64,000 bases of DNA from an uncultured Bacilli bacterium (lineage in GTDB: Bacteria; Bacillota_I; Bacilli_A; RF39; UBA660), in the NCBI GenBank assembly GCA_947625575.1, contig CANQOV010000002.1, positions 1,457-65,456 on the forward strand, written 5' to 3'. Position 1 is the stretch's first letter, and each line of letters starts with the position of its first letter. A model generated the notes under the pieces. The model ran no database searches and was not told the origin of the DNA. It worked only from the letters and a program-made list of their open reading frames with translations. The position numbers were made by a program, and so were the translations under genes. Of this stretch, positions 1 through 9,561 are shown piece by piece.

Positions 1-1992
1 TTTATTACTTTAAAAGATGAGAATAATTTTTCTAATAAAGTTGATGTTTATGCAAGATATACGAAAGATGGTGTAAAAGAAGTTTATAAACTTACTGCTA
101 ATATTTTAGGTGTAGATGAAAATTTATTTGAAAAATATAACAATGGTACGGCTTCTTTTTCGGAAAGTGAAAAATATATTAAAGAAGAAGCTCAAAAACA
201 AAAATATGATATCGATATCAATAGCTATTTAATTAGTTTAGAAACTGATCCATTGGGAATTAGTAATATGCAGGGTTTAGCGATTACAGTAGCAATTGTA
301 ATGGGAATTATTGTTTTTACGTCAGTATTTTGTATAAAAAATAGTTTTGATATTTCAATTACAGAAAAAATAAAACAGTATGGTATGTTAAGAAGTATTG
401 GAGCAACTAAGAAACAAATAAAAAGGAATGTGTTTTATGAAGCTTCTATTCTTGGGGTTATTGGTATACCTTTAGGACTTTTAATGGGACTTTTGGCATC
501 GTATATTTTAATTATAGTAAGTAATTATTTTTTGAAAGATAGTTTGGCAATAGGATTAAATTTAAAGTTTTCTGTGTCTTTAATTTCGGTTGTAGTAGCA
601 ATTATACTTGGTATAGTAACAATTTATTTTTCTGCTTTTAAAAGTGCTAAGAAAGCTTCAAAGGTATCACTTATAGATTCTATTAGGAATAGTTCTAATA
701 TAAAAATAGATTCAAAAAAGATTAAATCTTTAAAAATTGTTAATAAGTTATTTGGTATTGGAGGAGAAATATCCTATAAAAATTTAAAAAGAAATAAGAA
801 AAAGTATCGAACAACTGTAATTTCTATTATTGTTTCTGTATTTGTATTTATTGCTTTATCTAGTTTTATGAATATGGCTTTTGATTCTGTTGAAAATGAA
901 TTAAAAATTAGAGAATATAATATTTCTTTATCTTCTACAAGAATTGATAATAAGGAAAGTTTTAATAAATATATTGATACTACTAAATTAGATAATATTG
1001 AAGATTATACTATATTAAGACAGACAGGATTAAATTATAAAAATAGAAAACTTAATAAAGATTATATAGATTTTTTAAATTTAAAGCTTGATGATAAGAT
1101 AGAAAAAGATAAAACATCATATATTGATATTTATGCTTTAGGAGAAGAGCAATATAAAAAATATCTAAAAGAATTAGGTTTAGATTATGAAAAAATTAAA
1201 AATAAAGCAATTTTAATGGATTATGTAACTGTAGGATATCAAAAGGCTGATAGTTCTAAAATGGTTTATAAAACTTTAAGATATACTGATTATAAAGAAA
1301 ATGATAAGTTAATAGGATTTTTAAATGACGGTAGTGATTATCAAATTGAAATTGGTTGTATTACTGATAAGAAACCTTTTGGATTAAAGAATTTTCAAAA
1401 TACATATATTGTTGTAAGTGATGATTTATATGATAAGATTTCTTCGTATTTAAATGAGATAAAAATATATTATAATTCTAGTAATGCAGATAAATTACAA
1501 GATGATATTGATAACTTATTAAATGGAGAAAGTTATGAACTGGATAATATTTATGAAAATGTAAAAATAATGAATAATTTGTTTACACTTATTGGAATAT
1601 TTCTATATGGTTTTATAATAGTTATTTCTTTGATAGGTATTACAAATATTTTTAATACTATTACTACTAATATGGAATTTAGAAAACAAGAGTTTGCAAT
1701 GTTAAAATCAATTGGTATGACTTCTAAAGAGTTTAATAAAATGATTAGATTGGAAACATTATTTATGGGTGTAAAAGCATTATTTTTTGGATCTTTAATT
1801 GGAATAGTATTATCTTATATAATATATATATTTTTAGGAAAAGATCAGGGTATGTCTTATAAAGTACCTATATTAGCTATTGTTTTGGCAGCTTTAGTGG
1901 TATTTATTTTAATATCTTTAATAATGAAATATTCTATGAATAAGATAAATAAACAAAATACAATTGAGACAATTAGAAATGAAAATATTTAA
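1..1992 (+). CDS. ABC transporter permease, BceB/FtsX-like (5' partial; the reading frame is open from base 1)
   Basis: No stop in frame 1 from position 1 to 1992. The protein has multiple TM helices flanking a large extracytoplasmic loop, and an FtsX-type C-terminal 4-TM block. Downstream sit an OmpR-type response regulator and a histidine kinase, as in Bce-type peptide-antibiotic modules. The ATPase partner is expected upstream of the window. Confidence 0.7.
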   Translation, partial: FITLKDENNFSNKVDVYARYTKDGVKEVYKLTANILGVDENLFEKYNNGTASFSESEKYIKEEAQKQKYDIDINSYLISLETDPLGISNMQGLAITVAIVMGIIVFTSVFCIKNSFDISITEKIKQYGMLRSIGATKKQIKRNVFYEASILGVIGIPLGLLMGLLASYILIIVSNYFLKDSLAIGLNLKFSVSLISVVVAIILGIVTIYFSAFKSAKKASKVSLIDSIRNSSNIKIDSKKIKSLKIVNKLFGIGGEISYKNLKRNKKKYRTTVISIIVSVFVFIALSSFMNMAFDSVENELKIREYNISLSSTRIDNKESFNKYIDTTKLDNIEDYTILRQTGLNYKNRKLNKDYIDFLNLKLDDKIEKDKTSYIDIYALGEEQYKKYLKELGLDYEKIKNKAILMDYVTVGYQKADSSKMVYKTLRYTDYKENDKLIGFLNDGSDYQIEIGCITDKKPFGLKNFQNTYIVVSDDLYDKISSYLNEIKIYYNSSNADKLQDDIDNLLNGESYELDNIYENVKIMNNLFTLIGIFLYGFIIVISLIGITNIFNTITTNMEFRKQEFAMLKSIGMTSKEFNKMIRLETLFMGVKALFFGSLIGIVLSYIIYIFLGKDQGMSYKVPILAIVLAALVVFILISLIMKYSMNKINKQNTIETIRNENI

Positions 1993-2050
1993 GATGTAAG
2001 GGCTATAGGCCCTTTTTAAAGTGTGGTATAATTATAAAGAAAGGATTGTT

Positions 2051-2704
2051 ATGAATATTTTATTAGTGGAAGATAATATTTCTATTATTAAGGGTCTTGT
2101 TTATTCTTTTGAAAAAAATAATTTAAAATTGGTATGTAAAACTACTATTAAAGAAGCAAAAGAATATATTGATTGCAACAAGATAGATTTAATTATTTTA
2201 GATGTAATGCTTCCTGATGGAAATGGTTTTAGTTTGTATGAAGATGTAATTAAAAATTTAAAGATACCTACGATATTTTTAACTGCTAAAGATGAAGAAG
2301 ATGATATTGTAAAAGGTTTAGATATTGGAGCAGATGATTATGTTACTAAACCTTTTAGTACAAAAGAGTTATTAGCAAGAGTAAATAAAGTGTTGTTAGC
2401 AAAACAAAAGAAAAGTTTGATTAAAGTTAAGGATATAACATTTGATTTAGATAAGGCAGTTTTATATAAAAATGATGAAGAGATAGAATTAACAGCTCTA
2501 GAGTTAAAGTTAGTAAATTTATTGTTTGTTAATTTGGGAAAAGTTGTAAGTAGAAATGTTATTCTTGATAAAATATGGGATTGGACTGGAAATTATGTAG
2601 ATGATCATACAGTTACAGTGTATTTTAAAAGAATAAGAGAAAAGATTAAGACAGATATTATTAAGACTGTAAAAGGTATGGGATATAGAATAGATGAAGA
2701 ATAG
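2051..2704 (+). CDS. OmpR-family response regulator (BceR-like)
   Basis: Receiver domain with LLVEDN, DLIILDVMLPDG and a phospho-accepting Asp, followed by a winged-helix trans_reg_C domain (TVYFKRIREKI, GMGYRI). The ATG at 2051 lies after an AAGGA-like SD. The track ORF starts at an upstream alternative start. Confidence 0.85.
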   Translation: MNILLVEDNISIIKGLVYSFEKNNLKLVCKTTIKEAKEYIDCNKIDLIILDVMLPDGNGFSLYEDVIKNLKIPTIFLTAKDEEDDIVKGLDIGADDYVTKPFSTKELLARVNKVLLAKQKKSLIKVKDITFDLDKAVLYKNDEEIELTALELKLVNLLFVNLGKVVSRNVILDKIWDWTGNYVDDHTVTVYFKRIREKIKTDIIKTVKGMGYRIDEE

Positions 2705-3911
2705 AGTAAAGTTAAAGAAATGTTTAGTAGAAATTATAGTTTTTTCTGTTTGTTTATTAGTTTTGTTTTTGATAGTAAATAGATATGAATATTATGTGTA
2801 TACAAAGAATTTTAATAATAAAATTATTAATATTGTTGATAGTTTAGAAAAAGAATATCCAAATTTAACTGAAGAAGAGATTGTTAAGATTTTAAATAGC
2901 AAGGGAAATGAAAGTTCAAATGTATTAAAAAAGTATGGTATAAATTTAAATGATAAAGCAATAATAAGAGAAAATGATAGAGAAAATTTGAAATTTTTAG
3001 TTGTTAATATTAGTTTTTTAATTGTTATTGTTGTAGTTATAATAGTTTTGTTTATGAAATATTTTAAAGATAGAGAAAAAAATCTTGAGGATATTACCAA
3101 GTATATTAAACAATTAAATAAGAAAAATTATAGTTTAAAAATTGAATCTAATTCGGAAGATGAACTATCTATATTAAAAAATGAAATATATAAAACAACA
3201 GTTATGTTAAAAGAAGCTGCTGATAATTCAAAAAAAGATAAACTTAATTTAAAAATGTCTTTAGAAGATATATCACATCAGTTAAAGACTCCTTTAACAA
3301 GTATTTTAGTTATGTTGGATAATATAATTGATGAAGAAGATATGGATAAGAAAACAAAAGAAGAATTTTTAATGGATATAAAAAGAAATGTAGTTAATAT
3401 TAATTTTTTAGTACAATCTATTTTAAAATTATCAAAATTTGATGCGAATACAATTAATTTTGTTAAAAAGAAAGTGTTTGTTAAAGACATTATAAAAGAA
3501 GTTAGTAAAAATTTATCAACTTTGTGTGATTTAAAAAATATTAAGTTAAATATTAAAGGTAGCGATGATGTTACAATAGTTTGTGATTTTATGTGGCAAG
3601 TGGAAGCTATAACAAATATTGTTAAAAACTCTATAGAACACTCATATAATGATAAAGTAGTTGATATTAGTTATGAAAAAAATAATGTTTATACTATGCT
3701 TACTATTAAAGATTATGGTGTTGGTATAGAAAAAGATGATTTACCACATATATTTGAAAGATTTTATAAAGGAAAAAACTCTTCTAGTGACAGTATAGGA
3801 ATAGGTTTAGCTTTAGCAAAAACAATTATAGAAAAAGATAATGGCTCGATAGAAGTTATACAAGATAAAGTAGGGACAAGGTTTGTTATTAAGTATTTTA
3901 ATTATTTGTAA
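2694..3911 (+). CDS. sensor histidine kinase (HisKA + HATPase_c)
   Basis: Two N-terminal TM segments and an H-box (LEDISHQLKTPLTSI). N, G1 and G2 boxes are present (NSIEHS, DYGVGI, GIGLALAK). Its start overlaps the stop of the response regulator. Confidence 0.85.
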   Translation: MKNRVKLKKCLVEIIVFSVCLLVLFLIVNRYEYYVYTKNFNNKIINIVDSLEKEYPNLTEEEIVKILNSKGNESSNVLKKYGINLNDKAIIRENDRENLKFLVVNISFLIVIVVVIIVLFMKYFKDREKNLEDITKYIKQLNKKNYSLKIESNSEDELSILKNEIYKTTVMLKEAADNSKKDKLNLKMSLEDISHQLKTPLTSILVMLDNIIDEEDMDKKTKEEFLMDIKRNVVNINFLVQSILKLSKFDANTINFVKKKVFVKDIIKEVSKNLSTLCDLKNIKLNIKGSDDVTIVCDFMWQVEAITNIVKNSIEHSYNDKVVDISYEKNNVYTMLTIKDYGVGIEKDDLPHIFERFYKGKNSSSDSIGIGLALAKTIIEKDNGSIEVIQDKVGTRFVIKYFNYL

Positions 3912-3956
3912 ATATATGTTATAATTTTTATAGATTATTATGTTTTGGGGGATAAG

Positions 3957-4355
3957 ATGAATATTAATGAAAAAATTATAAAAAGATTTAATCGTAAGTG
4001 GGATAGTTATATAAATAAAAAACTCTCAAAAATTGATAGTAAGTATCAAGAGCAGTTCTATAAGTTATTTAGTAATAAAAAATATGAAAGTTATCTTAGG
4101 TTATTACAAGATTTAAATATTGTTACTAATTTTCCTAAAGAAGTTAGTAATATTGACGGAGCTTTTAAAGGAACATTAAATCTTCCTCTTGATAGTTTTG
4201 AAAGTTTTTGGTTAGAAGATAAAGAAAAAGTTTTTGATATTACTTTAGGATTGGTTTTTCCTAAAGAAATTTATTATAATTTATATAATCCGAGTGATAT
4301 TAAATCTTTAGTTATTGATGATGATTTGAAACAAATTGTTCATATTAGAAAATAA
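3957..4355 (+). CDS. hypothetical protein (132 aa)
   Basis: ORF with GGGGGA SD 6 nt upstream of ATG 3957. No recognisable motifs. A rho-independent terminator follows at 4361-4386. Confidence 0.45.
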   Translation: MNINEKIIKRFNRKWDSYINKKLSKIDSKYQEQFYKLFSNKKYESYLRLLQDLNIVTNFPKEVSNIDGAFKGTLNLPLDSFESFWLEDKEKVFDITLGLVFPKEIYYNLYNPSDIKSLVIDDDLKQIVHIRK

Positions 4356-4360
4356 ATTAC

Positions 4361-4386
4361 AGTCTTAGGACTGTTTTTTTGTTTAT
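4361..4386 (+). terminator. rho-independent terminator
   Basis: ACAGTCCTAAGGACTGT hairpin followed by a T7 run. Confidence 0.6.
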
Positions 4387-4414
4387 TTTAAGAAAAGTAA
4401 TCATATATATTACT

Positions 4415-5716
4415 ATGGATAGAAAAACATCAATTATAATTTTAAGTTATAATAATTTAGAATATACAAAAAGTTGTATAGAAAGTATTTATAAGTATAC
4501 AGAAAAAGATAGTTATGAAATTATTGTCATTGATAATAATTCTATAGACGGCAGTAGAGATTGGCTTTTAGAACAAGATAAGATTAAAGTTATTTTTAAT
4601 AATTTTAATGTAGGGTTTGTCTGTGGTTGTAATCAAGGTATTAATATTGCTAATAAAGATAATGATATTTTACTTTTAAATAATGATACTATTGTTACTA
4701 ATAATTGGTTAAAGAATTTAAAGATATGTTTATATAGTGATAAGTTTATTGGAGCAGTTGGAGCAGTTTGTAATAAAAATGAAAATAGGCAGGGTGTTTC
4801 GTTTAGTTATGATGATTTTGAAACAATGCAAAAATATGCTTTAGAAAATAATGTTTCATCTTCTTACAGGTGGGAAGAGAAAGCTTTTTTAATAGGGTAT
4901 TGTCTTCTTATTAAAAGGGAAGTTATTGATAAAATTGGAGGACTTGATACTTTGTATACACCCGGGTATATCGAAGATAATGATTTGTCTATTAGAATTA
5001 TTAAACTTGGTTATAAGTTAATGCTTTGTCATGATTGTTTTATACATCATTATTTAGGGACACAATTTAGAAAAGATTTATCTAAATTTTATGCTGTTTT
5101 AAATAAAAATAGAGAATATTTTTATAGTAAGTGGGGTTTTAATACTTTTTGTTTTGATGAAGTAAAAGAAGCGTCTTTTGTATTTATTGATAAACCAAAG
5201 AAAATACTAGAACTTGATTGTGGTATTGGTTGTGGTATGCTTGCTTTAAAATATAAGTATTCTTCTTTGGTTGATGGAGTATGTTTTGATGATAAAAAAA
5301 GAGATATTGCTAAACATTTTGGAAAAGTTTTTAAAAGATTGGAAGATGTTTGTGGTAAGTATGACTATATTTTGATTGGGGATATTCTTAAAAAAGTTAA
5401 AAATGTTGATTCTTTTATTGATAATTTAAGAAAAAAATTAACAATTGGTGGCAAAATTGTTGGAGAAATGGATAATTTAATTAGTGTTAAAAATATTAAT
5501 TTATTGTTAAAGGGCAGGGGTAAGTTTTTAAATAATAGAAATAATTATACTATTTTAGATATTAAAGATATTTTTTCTAAAAAGGGTTTTACTTTTAAAT
5601 ATTTTGCTTGGTATAGAAATTTTAATGAAGAAGAGAAAAAGTTATTTGACAGTCTTTTACCATATAATAAAGAAATTAGATATAGTTATTATACTTTTGT
5701 GGTTAGTTATAGTTGA
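4415..5716 (+). CDS. family 2 glycosyltransferase fused to a SAM-methyltransferase-like C-terminal domain
   Basis: N-terminal GT-A signature (IIILSYNN, IIVIDNNSIDGS, NNDTIV, the YIEDNDLS DXD-type region). C-terminal LELDCGIGCGMLAL is a Rossmann SAM-binding motif I. Confidence 0.65.
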   Translation: MDRKTSIIILSYNNLEYTKSCIESIYKYTEKDSYEIIVIDNNSIDGSRDWLLEQDKIKVIFNNFNVGFVCGCNQGINIANKDNDILLLNNDTIVTNNWLKNLKICLYSDKFIGAVGAVCNKNENRQGVSFSYDDFETMQKYALENNVSSSYRWEEKAFLIGYCLLIKREVIDKIGGLDTLYTPGYIEDNDLSIRIIKLGYKLMLCHDCFIHHYLGTQFRKDLSKFYAVLNKNREYFYSKWGFNTFCFDEVKEASFVFIDKPKKILELDCGIGCGMLALKYKYSSLVDGVCFDDKKRDIAKHFGKVFKRLEDVCGKYDYILIGDILKKVKNVDSFIDNLRKKLTIGGKIVGEMDNLISVKNINLLLKGRGKFLNNRNNYTILDIKDIFSKKGFTFKYFAWYRNFNEEEKKLFDSLLPYNKEIRYSYYTFVVSYS

Positions 5717-5765
5717 TATTTTTTTTAATTTCTCATATAATTAGGTGGTGCGAAAGAGTGATGTT

Positions 5766-6626
5766 ATGAATAGATTTAGTATAGCAAGAAGAGTTGGAAT
5801 AGTAGGTATTATAGGAAATGTTTTTCTATTTTTTATAAAAATATTTGTAGGTATATTTAGTAAAAGTCAGGCACTTATTGCAGATTCTTTAAATAGTGCG
5901 GGAGATGTTTTTGCTTCTTTTATGACATGGATTGGAAATAAGATATCTAGTGTTCCTAATGATGAAGATCATAATTATGGTCATGGAAAAGCTGAATATA
6001 TTTTTTCAATGTTGATTAGTTTATCGATGATGTTACTATCTTTTAAGATGTTAATTGATGCAGTTTTGTCTATTTTTAATAAAAATAAAGTTATATTTAG
6101 TTGGGTTTTAATAGTTGTTTGTCTTATTACTATAATTGTTAAGATGTTTCTTTATTTTTATACTAGATGTTTGTATAAAAAAGAAAACAATTTGTTAGTT
6201 AAAGCTAATATGATTGATCATAGAAATGATTTTATTATAACTGTTTTTACTACTTTAGCTATTTTGTTTTCAAAATTTGGTATTTATTTTGTTGATGGGA
6301 TAGTTGGTATTGGAATATCTATTTGGATATTTTTAGTAGGTGTTAAGATTTTTATAGAAAGTTATAATGTTTTAATGGATAGTGCAATTGATAGAACATC
6401 AAAGAAAAATATTTTAAATATTATAAAAGCTAATGATAATGTTAAAAGAATTGGTACTTTATATTCTATTAGTGTAGGGTATCAATATGTTGTTGTTATT
6501 ACTATTTATGTTGACGGGAATTTATCGACAGTGGATAGTCATGAAATTGCAGATAAGTTAGAAAAAGATATTATTAGTAATGTTAAAAATATTAAAGAAG
6601 TTATTGCTCATGTAGAGCCTTATTAG
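5766..6626 (+). CDS. cation diffusion facilitator (CDF) family metal efflux transporter
   Basis: Six TM helices, ADSLNSAGDV motif in TM2, HGHGKAEY motif, and a C-terminal cytoplasmic domain. ATG 5766 lies after an AAGAG SD. The track's 5745 start is a GTG overlapping the SD. Confidence 0.8.
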   Translation: MNRFSIARRVGIVGIIGNVFLFFIKIFVGIFSKSQALIADSLNSAGDVFASFMTWIGNKISSVPNDEDHNYGHGKAEYIFSMLISLSMMLLSFKMLIDAVLSIFNKNKVIFSWVLIVVCLITIIVKMFLYFYTRCLYKKENNLLVKANMIDHRNDFIITVFTTLAILFSKFGIYFVDGIVGIGISIWIFLVGVKIFIESYNVLMDSAIDRTSKKNILNIIKANDNVKRIGTLYSISVGYQYVVVITIYVDGNLSTVDSHEIADKLEKDIISNVKNIKEVIAHVEPY

Positions 6627-7171
6627 GCTCTTATTCTTTTTATAGACTTGTCTAAAGTAAAGTCTTTTCTTGTTTGATAAGAAATACTTTTACATAGTTG
6701 TTCATAAGTAAAACGTTCAATATCTTGATAACCTAAAATGTTTTTAACAGATTTATCTATTAGTAACATTAAAGATGTGTCTATTATTTTATTATTTATT
6801 TCTAACCACCAGTGATGACCATTTTTGGAATTTAGGGTATTTTTTAATATTGGTAATAGGCCATATATTCTGGATACGTCTATTAACGAGTAACTTAGTT
6901 GTCTTGTCATGTAAGCACAGTTACCCTCGTTGTAACCTTGGATAAATACATCTTCAAATGTTGTTAGTTCACTAATTGGAGGTATATAGTTTTGAGATTT
7001 TATTAAGTCCCATAATTTATCATCAAATGGTTTTATCATGCTTGGATCTAATTTTAAGATAGTAATTATTTTATTTCTAAAATCTTCGTTATTTTTAAGT
7101 TGATTTCTTAATAAGTTGAAACATTTATAATCTTTTTTATCACTTGGTATTAAAAGTTGTTCTATGTCCAT
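6623..7171 (-). CDS. hypothetical protein with transglutaminase-like cysteine-peptidase signature
   Basis: The spacing GNCAY ... GHHWWLE ... IID is consistent with the Cys-His-Asp core of the transglutaminase-like/papain-like superfamily. This is weak and motif-based only. Confidence 0.4.
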   Translation of the reverse strand: MDIEQLLIPSDKKDYKCFNLLRNQLKNNEDFRNKIITILKLDPSMIKPFDDKLWDLIKSQNYIPPISELTTFEDVFIQGYNEGNCAYMTRQLSYSLIDVSRIYGLLPILKNTLNSKNGHHWWLEINNKIIDTSLMLLIDKSVKNILGYQDIERFTYEQLCKSISYQTRKDFTLDKSIKRIRA

Positions 7172-7274
7172 AATATCAATCCTTTATAAGTTTTTATAAT
7201 ACTAAAAAAAATTTGATTTAGCAATATTTATTTTAAGAAAAGATTATCTTGGTAATAATATATTGGTGGGTGTA

Positions 7275-8765
7275 ATGGATATATTTTGGATAAATGGATA
7301 TTATTTGGATAAAGAACAGATTGAGGCAATTACTTCTGTAGATAAATATATATTATTATTAGCGGGAGCAGGAAGTGGGAAGACTACTACTATTGTGGGG
7401 AAAGTTAGATATTTAATTGAAGATAAAAAAATTAAAGATGAAGATATTTTATGTGTTTCTTTTACTAATAATGCGGTTTTGCATTTAAAAAAGATATTTG
7501 ATGATTATAAATATAATGTTCAAATATTTACTGTACATAAGTTGGCTTTAAATATAATTAGTGATTATACTTATTTTTCTGTTATGGAAAGTGGTTATTT
7601 ATCTTATATTATTAATGAATATTTTTCAGCAATTATTTTATCTGATGTTTTGATGATAAAGTGTGTTTTGGCATATTTTTTTAAGTTTTGTACTGGAGAT
7701 GTAGTAGAGTTTTATAAGAGTTTTTTTGTTAGTAATAAAGATAAGTTTAAAAAATTATATAATGATATTGAAAGAGTTATTAATTTATATAAAACTTTTA
7801 TGTATGATAGTAATTATTGGTTTTATATATATAATAATGTTGGGTTTAGAGATAAGATTTTAATTATTTTAATTTATAAGATTTATTTAATTTATGAAGA
7901 AGAGTTAAAGAGTTGCTCGATGATAGATTTTTCTTCGATGATAAAAAATGCTATTGAAGTTATTAAAAAGTATGGTCTTAAGAAAAAATATAAGTATGTA
8001 ATTATAGATGAAGCACAGGATATGTCTAAATTAAGATTTGAATTTATTGATAGTATTGTTAAGAAAAGTAATGCTTCTTTATTTATGGTTGGAGATGATT
8101 ATCAATCTATTTATAGGTTTAGTGGTAGTGATTTAGATTTGTTTTTAAATTTTAGTAAAATATATGGGGGTATTGTTAAAAGAATATCGATGACTTATAG
8201 AAATTCTAATGAACTTATTAGAGTTTGTTCACATTTTATTATGAGAAATCCAAGACAACTTAAAAAGAATTTATGTTGTTTAAAAAGTAATTTAAAACCT
8301 TTTAAATTTGTTTTTTATTCTAATATTAGAGTGGCTTTTAGAAAGATTATTGATAGTTTAAGTGGAAAGATTATGGTTTTATCTAGAAATAAATTTGATA
8401 TTAAAGATATATTAGATAAAGATATGATATTGTCTAATGATAAGATTATTTATAAAGAAAATAAAGATATTAGTTATTATACTGTTCATGCTTGTAAAGG
8501 TATGGAAGCTGATTATGTTATTTTGATTAATAATAGAAATGATTGTTATGGATTTCCTAGTAAAGTTAAGAATAGTAAAATATTTAAATATTTTAATCAA
8601 GATGATAAGTTTTGGTATGAAGAAGAGCGAAGACTTTTTTATGTAGCACTTACAAGGACTAAAAATGATGTTTTTTTGTTAATACCTTGTTTTAATTTTT
8701 CAATATTTATTTGGGAATTTATTATTTATTATCGAAAATATATAGAGTTTAGTTTGATTAGGTGA
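7275..8765 (+). CDS. UvrD/PcrA-like SF1 DNA helicase, unusually short (~497 aa)
   Basis: Walker A (LLLAGAGSGKTTT) and motif Ia (CVSFTNNA). Also motif II (VIIDEAQDMS), motif III (VGDDYQSIYRFSGS), motif V (YTVHACKGMEADYVILI) and motif VI (FYVALTRTKNDVFL). GGTGGGTG SD before ATG 7275. Confidence 0.75.
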   Translation: MDIFWINGYYLDKEQIEAITSVDKYILLLAGAGSGKTTTIVGKVRYLIEDKKIKDEDILCVSFTNNAVLHLKKIFDDYKYNVQIFTVHKLALNIISDYTYFSVMESGYLSYIINEYFSAIILSDVLMIKCVLAYFFKFCTGDVVEFYKSFFVSNKDKFKKLYNDIERVINLYKTFMYDSNYWFYIYNNVGFRDKILIILIYKIYLIYEEELKSCSMIDFSSMIKNAIEVIKKYGLKKKYKYVIIDEAQDMSKLRFEFIDSIVKKSNASLFMVGDDYQSIYRFSGSDLDLFLNFSKIYGGIVKRISMTYRNSNELIRVCSHFIMRNPRQLKKNLCCLKSNLKPFKFVFYSNIRVAFRKIIDSLSGKIMVLSRNKFDIKDILDKDMILSNDKIIYKENKDISYYTVHACKGMEADYVILINNRNDCYGFPSKVKNSKIFKYFNQDDKFWYEEERRLFYVALTRTKNDVFLLIPCFNFSIFIWEFIIYYRKYIEFSLIR

Positions 8766-8826
8766 GTATTTACAGATAAATTTTTATGTGTTACAATACT
8801 GATGATTTTTAGGAAGTGAAAAGATT

Positions 8827-9561
8827 ATGGTTGCTTTTGTTAGTGGGTGTTCTTCTTTTATTGGGAAAGAAGTTGCTATTGCTTTGGCTAAAAGAGGGGT
8901 TAATATTGTTTTACATTATTATAAAAGTAAGGAAGATGTTATTAAATTTGAAAAGTATATAAAAGATAATTTTAAGGTTGATACTTTAGTGGTTAATGGT
9001 GATATTAGCAAAGAAGAAGATGTTAAAGAAATGGTTGGTTTGGCAATTAAAAAGTTTGGTCATATTGATATTTTAGTTAATAATTCAGGAATTTGTAATG
9101 ATAGTTTGTTTTTTGATAAAGATGTAGAAAGTTTTAGAAGAATTTTAGATGTTAATTTAGTGGGAAGTTTTTTACTTAGTAGGGAAGTTGCTAAGTTCAT
9201 GTTAGAAGATGAAAAAGGCACTATTATTATGGTTTCTTCTAATAATGCAATTGATTCATATTATCCAGAGTCATGTGATTATGATGCTTCAAAAGCAGGG
9301 ATGATAAATCTTGCTCATAATATGGCTAGAGAGTTTGCTCCTTTTATTCGAGTTAATACCGTGGCTTTGGGGTGGATTAAGACAAAGATGAATAAAGATT
9401 TAGATGAAGAGCAAATAGAAAAAATAAATAAGACTATTTTGTTAGAAAGATTTGGAGAAGCTTGTGAGGTTGGAAAAGTTATAGAATTTTTAGCAATTGA
9501 TGCAAGTTATGTCAATGATGCGGTTATAAGAGTTGATGGTGGTGTTAAAAATGGATATTGA
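8827..9561 (+). CDS. short-chain dehydrogenase/reductase (FabG-like oxidoreductase)
   Basis: N-terminal GxxxGIG-type NAD(P)-binding motif (VSGCSSFIGKEVA), NNSG motif, and catalytic YDASKAG (YxxxK). Confidence 0.8.
   Translation: MVAFVSGCSSFIGKEVAIALAKRGVNIVLHYYKSKEDVIKFEKYIKDNFKVDTLVVNGDISKEEDVKEMVGLAIKKFGHIDILVNNSGICNDSLFFDKDVESFRRILDVNLVGSFLLSREVAKFMLEDEKGTIIMVSSNNAIDSYYPESCDYDASKAGMINLAHNMAREFAPFIRVNTVALGWIKTKMNKDLDEEQIEKINKTILLERFGEACEVGKVIEFLAIDASYVNDAVIRVDGGVKNGY

Noticed and set aside
2792-3490. Antisense ORFs 2792-3100(-) and 3278-3490(-) inside the histidine kinase gene
   Set aside because: They are embedded in a well-supported CDS on the opposite strand. Their translations are low-complexity and F/L/I-rich, typical of spurious ORFs in AT-rich DNA.
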